Source: Octopus bimaculoides (Eukaryota). Taken from it: a DNA stretch of 58,277 nucleotides. Made by a program: the position numbers and the translations under genes. Position 1 is the stretch's first letter; every line of letters starts with the position of its first letter. Shown here piece after piece: positions 49,466 to 58,277 of this stretch. The stretch lies in NCBI RefSeq assembly GCF_001194135.2, contig NC_068988.1, forward strand, positions 45,539,692 through 45,597,968. The letters run 5' to 3'. The notes below the pieces were generated by a model. That model was not told the origin of the DNA and searched no databases. It saw nothing but the letters and a program-made list of their open reading frames with translations.

Positions 49466-50574
49466 GCATGTATATGTTATATGTACCGACACATGTAGAT
49501 AGATACATAGCTCTGTATGTGTGTGGTGTGTGTGTGTAACTACATATACATATACATATACATATATATGCATATACATACATATATGTGTGAATGTTCA
49601 TGTATGTGTGTTTATGTATGTACATATACATCTATGTATATACTACATATATTTATTCGCACACACGCATGTACAAACAAGCTCACACACATACATCATC
49701 ACCAAGATAATATTTTTTTAACTAACAAAAGCCCTCACAATAAATAATATATAAATCAGAAACAAACTACAATACAGTATTTGAGAACATCGTTGAAAGG
49801 CTGTGTGATCTTAGTAGAATTCTAACAGACTGCAAGTTTTTTTTTTCATTCCTTTTACCACCATTGTGGGTTTGCATTTTTTTTTTTTGCATTGGAGGAC
49901 ATGATTGAATAGGGGTGGGGGTCGGAATATGTTATCACAGTTCAAGAGATGTTATAGATTTGTGAAATATGTAAATGATAAAAGCTGAAGAAAGATGTTG
50001 ACTTTTATTCTAACAAGGTTTGACAATTTGTAAGATCCACAGAAAGAATATGTACAAATTGGCTGTGAATTCTAAAGAAATCATACATGTGTGTGTGTTC
50101 TTGTGTGTATGTGTGTGTGAATGCATGTGTGTGCATATTAGAGTAAGACAGTATGTTTGTGTGTACCTTTGTATGTATTTGTGTGTCTGTTTCTTTCTTG
50201 TGTATGTGTGTGTGTTTATGTTCCTCTGTTTTGAAAACATGAAAAAAATTGTTTCAGAAAACAGTGTGAAAATCTTATTATTCTCATTGATTATAATATA
50301 TGACATACAAGTGTGTGTGTGCGTGTGTGTGTGTGTGTGTGTACATATACATATAAATAAATACATACATATATATATACACACACACACATGTGCACTC
50401 ATAGAAATATATACACAATAAATATGACAAAATGTCTTGAGTATTTTTAGTGTCAAAATTTGCTGACCTGTTCCATCTTAAAATCTTTTTACTTTATATG
50501 AATACCAAATGAACATCACCTATGTTATGATAATGATGGTGATGATGATGATGATGATGATGATAATAATAATA

Positions 50575-50892
50575 CTTTCTGCAATAGGCACGATGCCTGA
50601 AATTTGGGGTAGGGTGTCAGTTGATCACATTGACCCCAGAACTCAACTTATTTTATCGATCCCAAGAGGATGAAAAGTAAATTCAATGGTGGTAGAATTT
50701 GAACGTGGAATTCAAAGAGCCACAAGAAAAGCTGCTTAGCATTTTTCCCAAAGTGCTAATGATTCTGCCATCTTCCCAGCTTCATAATGATAATAATGGT
50801 TTCAAATTCAAGACCAGCAATTATAAGGGTGGCGGCAAGTCAATCATGTTGGTTCCAGTGTTCCATTGGTACTCATTTTATTCGCCCTAAAA
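50575..50892 (-). mobile_element. Two tandem SINE family B copies
   Basis: Each begins after (TAA/TGA)n with the reverse tail ('ctttctgcaataggcac', 'ggtttcaaattc'). Confidence 0.7.
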
Positions 50893-50989
50893 GGATGATA
50901 GGCATAGATAATGTTGGTGGTGGCAGCAGTGGTGGTGAGGGTAGTGATGACAATAATGATGTTATTATGTTGTTGTTTGTTGCTTCTTG

Positions 50990-51278
50990 ATCCATGCCTG
51001 GCTCATAAGGGCCGGTTACCTGGTTTCATTGGCGTATAGGTACCCCACCTGGATGGGACACTTGTCCATCGCAGGTGAACTGCTAGATGTAGGAGGAAAG
51101 AGTGAGAGAAATTTGTGGTGAAAGAATCAGCAGAAGTTCACTATTGCCTTCTGCCAAAGCCATGTGGAGTTTAGTTTTTTTTTTGCTCATAAACACACAC
51201 ATTGCCCAGTCTGAGATTTGAACCTGCGATCCCTTGATCGCGGGTTCATTGCTTTAACCACTAGGCCAAGTGCCTCCA
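50990..51278 (-). mobile_element. tRNA-derived SINE
   Basis: Reverse head 'ggaggcacttggcctagtggttaaagc...caggttcaaatctcag' with A/B-box-like motifs. Confidence 0.7.
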
Positions 51279-51784
51279 TGATATTTTTATGAAAGACAAA
51301 TATAATTATGCACCAAATACAGCATAAGAAAACAATGTGTTTAGAATAATCTGGAACATACCTGACCAGGTTCTACAAGGAGATTAAGGTCAATCTTGCA
51401 GATATTATCAAAGACAAAAATTACTGTATTCTCATAATACACCAAACAGAAAAGAACTGAAGAAACTCACATTGACCAAGAGTTTTTCAATGTAAATAAG
51501 AAAGTTGCTTTGTTTTCCTGTCTAAGATATTCACTTATTATTGTTCCAAATATTATCAATGATAAAGCAGATGTATCTCTGTTTGTTGTGTTGGTTCAGT
51601 TACCTGATAAGCTGAATTATCTGATCATTGAATTACCATATAAATGACTGAATATTTCATAGATAACAGATACATGTCTCTTTCCTCTCTTAAGCCCTTT
51701 GCTTCTTATGGATCACAAGCCATCAATGACTTTTTTCCACTGTTTTTCCATCTGGAGTGTCTTTTCTGCTTCTTTCCAGCTGGA

Positions 51785-51925
51785 ACCTGGCCAGCTGAGT
51801 TTAAACGGAGCAATATGAAATGAAGTATTTTGCTCAAGCACACAATGTGTTGCCTGGTCTTGAAATTGAAACCACAACCTGACAATCATGAGCCCAATAT
51901 CTCACCACTAGGCTTCATGCCTCCA
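51785..51925 (-). mobile_element. tRNA-derived SINE family E, head
   Basis: 'gagcaatatgaaatgaagtattttgctcaagcacacaatg...ctcaccactaggcttcatgcctcc'. Confidence 0.7.
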
Positions 51926-52496
51926 CATTGTTACATGTACCCTGACATAATTTTCAGGCAAAATCAACATGATTCAGTGTCATAAGAGTAGACCTTTAAA
52001 TTATAAATACATTCTATATGCTGGGTTGTGATGATAAAAAGAAAATATAATCTCCCAAGTTGTTACACAGAGGTATCGAACCTGTTGCCTTGTAATTAAG
52101 GAGCAAACTGCTTAATCATTCAGCTACACTGCATTCACAAGCAAAATAGCAGAAATGATACCATGACTTTGAAATACAGTCACTATGCAAAGCCTATGCT
52201 GCATCTTATGCAAGATGTTTTCAATTCATTAACACAACACATACAATAAACTATCACAGCACATACTTTTACATATCAACACCCTACATTACAACACATA
52301 CTACACATTCCTAACAGTTCTCATATCTCATTTTCTATAGATTATTGCTTTATTTATTCTAGTCATTGGACTGAAGTTATGCTATATCGACCCTAGAGAT
52401 TTGTCTAGTTTTACTTTTGTCAATTTGAAAGAGAATAAAATATGACATAAACGAAGCATAGAAGGGAAGTAATCTGTTTGGAATTTAATATTAGTT

Positions 52497-52692
52497 TCAA
52501 ATTTTGGCACAAGGCCAGCAATTTCGAGGTGGGTGGTTAGTCGATTCCATAAGTACTCAGCTTATACTTCTTTTATCAATCTTGAAAGGATGAATTGCAA
52601 AGTCAACCTCAGGGGAATTGGAACTCCGAACATAAAGGGATGAAATTCTGCTGAATATTTTGCCTGATGTGCTAGTGGTTCTGCTAAATCTC
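52497..52692 (-). mobile_element. SINE family B
   Basis: 'tttcaaattttggcacaaggccagcaatttcg...aaagtcaacctcagggga...gctagtggttctgc'. Confidence 0.75.
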
Positions 52693-53043
52693 TGTCAATA
52701 TTTGGAATTTAATACTAGAATATATTTTACATATGACCCCCATCAAGTTTTTTTGTTTCAGAGTGGGTCTATGAAAGGTTGATATAAACATACATATTAT
52801 GCAATGCACTTAATATACTTTTGAAAGTAGTTGGTGCTAAAAAAGGACAACAAACTATAGAAACCAAACCAAAACAAAACTTATAAGTTAGGTGTAGTCT
52901 TTCAACCCATAACACACTGTGTAACCTATGCCAGGCATAGAAAAGTGATATAAAACTATGATGATGATGATGATGATGATGATATAAGCATACATATATC
53001 GTAGAATAATAAAAAGAAAGTTCTCATTACAGTATTATGTATT

Positions 53044-53232
53044 TGAAAAAACGAGCTGAGATGGCTTTTTTGGAGGGATAATTTTTATTTTAATAATAAT
53101 GTTTACAGTGAGTTACTCTGTTATGAGTTTTAAACTGAAACTTGAAACTCATAACAGAGTGACTCACTGTAAACATTATTATTAAAACAAAAAGTTATCC
53201 CTCCAAAAAAGCTATCTCTACTCATTTTTTCA
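53044..53232. repeat. Long near-perfect inverted repeat (76/77-bp core arms, ~90 bp with outer arms)
   Basis: Core 53058-53218 with 4 substitutions and one bulge, 8-nt loop; possibly a palindromic MITE. Confidence 0.93.
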
Positions 53233-53679
53233 TATATGTATATATCTATATCTATACATACATACATACATATGATATAATATGAATAAAATGGAGAGCG
53301 TGAACATAGAAAAAAATCACAGGAAGAACCATACTCTCCATTTTCTTTATATATTATTAAAATTCTGTTCTCCTATATCAGATATATGAAAGCATTTATA
53401 ACGACAACTGGAACTTCATAAGTGCTAAATGCTGATGTCAAAAAGAACCATCAATAAACACTAATACAAACAGAAATTAACAAATTCCAGGAAAATTAAT
53501 CGATATGGAGCNNNNNNNNNNNNNNNNNNNNNNNNNNNNNNNNNNNNNNNNNNNNNNNNNNNNNNNNNNNNNNNNNNNNNNNNNNNNNNNNNNNNNNNNN
53601 NNNNNNNNNNNNNNNNNNNNNNNNNNNNNNNNNNNNTATATACATACATGCATACATACATATACATTCATATCAGCAG

Positions 53680-53840
53680 ATATGGCTGTGTAGTTGGGTT
53701 GTTAAGTTTGCTTCTTGACCATGTGGTCTTGGATTGAGCCCACTGCATGACACCTTTCACAAGTGTCTTCTGCCGTAACTCTGGGCTAACCAAAGTATCG
53801 AGAATGGATTTGTAAATGGAAACTGAAAGAAGCCCATCAT
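53680..53840 (+). mobile_element. SINE family A head, degenerate
   Basis: 'ccactgcatgacacctttcacaagtgtcttctgcc...ggaaactgaaagaagcccatc'. Confidence 0.7.
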
Positions 53841-55230
53841 GCAAGTATATATATATATATATATATATAAATATTTGTATGAAATTTCACTCACAATGTA
53901 TTAGTTGATCTAAGTTTATAACAGAAAACACTACCCTAAGTGCTACGCATGGATCAAACCAAGGACTATATGATTATTAAATGAACATATCAAACATGTG
54001 GTCATACTTACACCCATCAAATATCTGCTTGCCCAAATATAAACTTGGTGTCGGTTATTCCACTTTGTGAGTGTTGGAAAACCATATACTTATATAATTG
54101 TCAACTTTATTTGCATATGAACATTATGATAATTATTTTAATGGTTTGATCATGCTGGAGCATTACAATACTGAAATATTACCATGACATCATTTAAGGG
54201 TAAAATGTAATCATCTTCTGAAAGAAGTGTGTGTTCTTGTACTAAATTTGCTCAAAGTGTGCTCTGATTCAGACATTCTTGCCAGGACCATCCTGTTTAT
54301 TTTTCAGGGATAGTGTAGCCTCGGTTATTTTTGTCAATGTGTCTTTAAAATTGTATGGTGTGGTTTGGGGGTTATTTGACTGATATTTCTAGCAGGTTGT
54401 TGTTGTGATATAGCCTCAGGTCGACCTCACTTCTGATGAAAATGAAGAATGATCAAAAGCATTTCAGCTGTGACCATCTCATCTTTTTGCATAACTAGGG
54501 TTATTTTATTCCATGTGGCCTCAATATTTTTAAAATGTCAGGATGTGATCTGAAAAATAATTAGTTGTTACTTCTAGTAGATTGTGAGACCACATGAAGG
54601 TTTCCTCATTGATGCTATTCTTGATATCAATAATTACAGGTATGAACATCTTACAGGTAAAGCAATAATTCATTTTTGACTCATTTTTATCAATAGTTTC
54701 AGAGACCAAAACATTTTGCAAAAGAAAAATTTAAATGGTGAAAAATATATGCATGACACGTCAAAGACTTCTTGGTCTGGTTTCTCTGAAATTAGTCAAA
54801 TTTTCAAGTTGTCAGATAAGAAATATGTCTGTAGAACCGTTAATTTCACAACATTTACTTCTGTATTCTAGAAATATATTTGCAGTATTTCTTCAGTGTA
54901 GGCTATAATGAAGAACTTTTTGCTTTAAGCCTTTGTGAAAATATATTTCAATATCTTTCACTTCCCATTTTATTATTTTTTACTTTCATTTTGGCCTATT
55001 TCTTTCTCTCATATTCCTCCCTTTCTCTTGTCTTCTAGGGCATTTATCAACCGTCCAGTACATGACAATATCTTTCATTCAGCACGCACATGCACTGTCA
55101 ATTTTTCTTTCACATGTCGATATTCATAGAGTCAATTGCTTGACTTATCCTTGCCTTTCTTTCTTCCTTCACTCCTGTCTTCTACACACACAGTCCTCTT
55201 AGGATGCGTATGCATAGGTGTGTGTGTGTA

Positions 55231-55261
<31 letters not shown>

Positions 55262-55411
55262 CTGCATGTGTGCTTGTGTGCGTGCATGCATGCATATGTG
55301 TATTGCAGTATTGCATGCACTAAAACCAGAATCACATAGACTGCTAAATGTATAGATTAAATCATATATCATTATACAAAGATCCATTATTATTTATATA
55401 GGATTTATTGG

Positions 55412-55625
55412 ATTGGCAGAATCATTAGAGTATCAGACATTCTGGTTCCTTGAATTTGAGTTCAAATCCTATTAAGGTCAACTTTGCTTGTCTTCATTCA
55501 GGCAAATGCTTGTCTTCATTCATAAAATACCAGTCATACAGTAAGGTCAATTTTGAAGTCAATTTAATTAACTACTACGCCTCCACCTCTGAACTTTGTG
55601 GCTTTGCATCTATGCTAGAATTCCT
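55412..55625 (+). mobile_element. SINE family B, degenerate
   Basis: 'ggcagaatcattagag...gagttcaaatcctattaaggtcaactttgc'. Confidence 0.65.
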
Positions 55626-56611
55626 TATTTTTTTATTATCATTCTTTCATTTTTATTTTTGTATTTTTCCTTCTATCTTAGTGACTGTTTTTCATTACTC
55701 AGTAGATGTAACTGAAACTGTTGTTTGTGTACCACTTTAGGAGATACTGAATTTTACTTCTTTTTTTTTTTTTTGTTATAGAACTAACCATGAGAACAAA
55801 GGGCTGGTAGATGCAGTGTTTTGGTTTGTGTGACCTTAGAGAATTTATTCCTTATTGTTTTCTGAATAGTTTTCTTTTAAGAAAAGTATATAAACATGAC
55901 ACTGATATTGGTAGCTGGCCAACAAAAGAGAATTTTGCAGGATTTACAAGCAGAAGGGGAAAATCTCAATTGAAAACCGTCTTTGTTTCTCCTTGGAAAG
56001 GAAGAGAGTTATCCTCTGTTTAGTATTTATCTTGTATAAGGTTGTACAGTAGATTGACAACAAACATTTTACTCTTTGGCCTGGTTCTTTCTCATTTACT
56101 TTCACTTTCACTTGGAAAAGGAAATCAGGATGCAGCAAGAATTACTGCCCTCTTGTGAATTTAAGGAAATGGTGGGTAAGAGAGACACATATGGCTTGAG
56201 TGAACAACTCTACTTTCAGTGCATAACCGTAGCTCAGAGCACAAAGCTCAAACACAGCACTTATCTCTGGTAATCAGAATAATTCTGGATCTGTGGAGTT
56301 AGTTGATTGCCTCCAGGAGATTTTTTAGTTAGCTACTGAAGACTTTTTTTCCAATTTTGATATTGTATTGTTATCTATGATTGGGGTTATTTTCTCTCTT
56401 TTTTTTTTTTTGTCAACCAAAGTCCCTCTATTTTCTATTCGGTCATTGTACTGTCCTAAATGTCAGAGGCACTTGTGACAACAGCACCACCACCTCCACC
56501 ACCACCACCGCCACCGCCGCTGCATTGTGTTCTACATGCTCAGGATTCTACCGGCTCACTGTCCTCATAATAACAATAACAACAACAACAATGATAATAA
56601 TAATAATAATA

Positions 56612-56670
<59 letters not shown>

Positions 56671-56819
56671 GATAATAATAATAATAATAATCCTTTCTGC
56701 TTAGGGCACATGGCCTGAAATTTAGGTAATGTTCTAATGATTCTACCATTTCATTGCCTATAATTATTTTATTATTATTTTGGTTTGGCTTAGGTTCGGT
56801 TTTATTCTTTGTACCAATT

Positions 56820-56992
56820 ATGAGGATAGTGGGTTTCTGCCTGTAACCTTAGATATGCACAATTTTTCATCAGTCTTTCAAGTGCTTAGAACGCTCCTGA
56901 TAATCCTTGTTCTCCCTAAGAGACAAACTTTCTGTAGGAGCTCTACAGGGCATTCTATTTCAATCTTCTTCAACCATTTGTCTATATCTTGA
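56820..56992 (-). mobile_element. RLE-type LINE extreme 3' end next to (TAT)n
   Basis: Minus strand: QDIDKWLKKIEIECPVELLQKVCLLGRTRIIRSVLST*. Confidence 0.8.
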
Positions 56993-56993
56993 C

Positions 56994-57033
<40 letters not shown>

Positions 57034-57261
57034 CTGGTTAATCATTGAGAGGACGTTGGTGTTGCCTTGGCAGAGGTGTACACTCTCTGAGTGCTCTTGT
57101 TTTAACTATTTTCTGACTTTTATTTCTTTCTATACCTGTGTCATCATCATCACCATCATTTTAACATTCACTTTTCCATGCTTATTATTAACATTATTAT
57201 TATTATTATCTCTTTATCACATGTTTTATTGGAACTCTTGGACTCTTGCATGCATAGCAGG

Positions 57262-57385
57262 CTCTTACTACCTGCAGCCTTCAGTACCATACTATCCATT
57301 CTTTTCAGCTATCTAATACTTTCCTGATTATTCTGGCTGTGCCAAGGAGGTAAACATTTTGTAACAGTTCTACTGGGCACTCTAT
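57262..57385 (-). mobile_element. RLE-type LINE extreme 3' end
   Basis: Minus strand: IECPVELLQNVYLLGTARIIRKVLDS*. Confidence 0.8.
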
Positions 57386-57404
57386 CATCATCATCATCAT
57401 CATC

Positions 57405-57857
57405 AAGGTGATGAGCTGGTAGAATCATTAGCATGCCGAGCTAAATGCTTAGCAATATTTCACCTGTCTTTACATTCTAAGTTCAAATTCCGCCCGGGTT
57501 GATTTTGTCTTTCGTCCTTTCAGGGTTGATGAAATGTGTACCAGTTGAGTAATGGAATCGATACAATAGACTTACTCTCTCCCTCGAAATTGCTGGCCTT
57601 GTACCAAAATTTGAAACTATTATTATTATTGTTGTTGTTGTTAAGGTGGCAAGCTGGAAGAATCGTCAGCATGCTGGATTAAATGCTTACTGATATTTCA
57701 CCTGTCACTATGTTCCTAGTTCAAATTCCACCAAGGCCGACTTTGCCTTTCATCCTTCCAAGGTTGATAAAATAAGTACCAGTTGAACACTGGGGTTGAT
57801 GTTCCTGTCTCACCCACTCCCTGAAATTGCAGGACTTGTACCAAAATTTGAAACCAT
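57405..57857 (+). mobile_element. Two tandem full-length SINE family B copies separated by (TAT/TGT)n
   Basis: Heads at 57405 and 57644; each tail 'ccaaaatttgaaac' is followed by (att)n. Confidence 0.85.
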
Positions 57858-58235
57858 TATTATTGTTGTTGTTGTTATTATAATTGTTATTATTATTCCT
57901 ATTATCATTATTATAACTATTATTAATATCACATTTATCTTCCTCTACCTCAGCATCATCATCAGCATCATCATCATCACTTTTATTGTCACTTAACTAG
58001 GAAGACACAGACTCCGTCAATACATTTTTATGCAGATCATATCACAGAATTTTATTTAAAAGCAACCAAGACTAAAACCCCTATCTCATCCTACCTCATC
58101 CCATCTCATCTCACAAAAATCCACCATTACCCACATCCCTTGCCTGCTTATCACTGTCAAACCTCCAATATCATAAACACAAACACACAAAAAAAAAAAA
58201 AATCGCAAAAATGAAAATAAATAGATAAAGAGATA

Positions 58236-58277
<42 letters not shown>

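Overview
This is AT-rich, repeat-dense eukaryotic DNA from a gapped short-read-type assembly, with many N runs flanked by (TA)n or (CA)n. The SINE families, piggyBac/hAT MITEs and microsatellite load look like a coleoid cephalopod, most likely Octopus; this is recognition from memory, not a database result. I cannot identify an intact protein-coding gene, rRNA, tRNA or CRISPR array. Nearly all supplied ORFs are microsatellite, N-gap or transposon read-throughs, so the window is best read as a large intron or intergenic DNA. Recognisable coding remnants are all transposon-derived: an internally deleted mariner (6848-7751), a Tc1/mariner-superfamily fragment (~22.2-22.8 kb), a miniature Ty3/Gypsy element with both LTRs, PBS and PPT (24874-26864), several RLE-type (R4/Dong-like) and RTE LINE 3' ends, and a probable Merlin fragment (~44.2 kb). 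The most interesting signals are RNA-structural. (i) There is a minimal type I hammerhead ribozyme motif in a Penelope-like terminus (6638-6683). (ii) There are three sequence-unrelated long fold-backs in unique DNA (17106-17208, 46222-46365, 53044-53232), two with plausible pri-miRNA geometry. (iii) Several closely spaced inverted retroelement pairs could give long dsRNA. Two insertions flanked by unusually long (34 and 41 bp) direct repeats, and a few strong plus-strand splice signals (one around a 37-aa signal-peptide-like ORF), also merit follow-up. Function is unproven for all of these without expression data.
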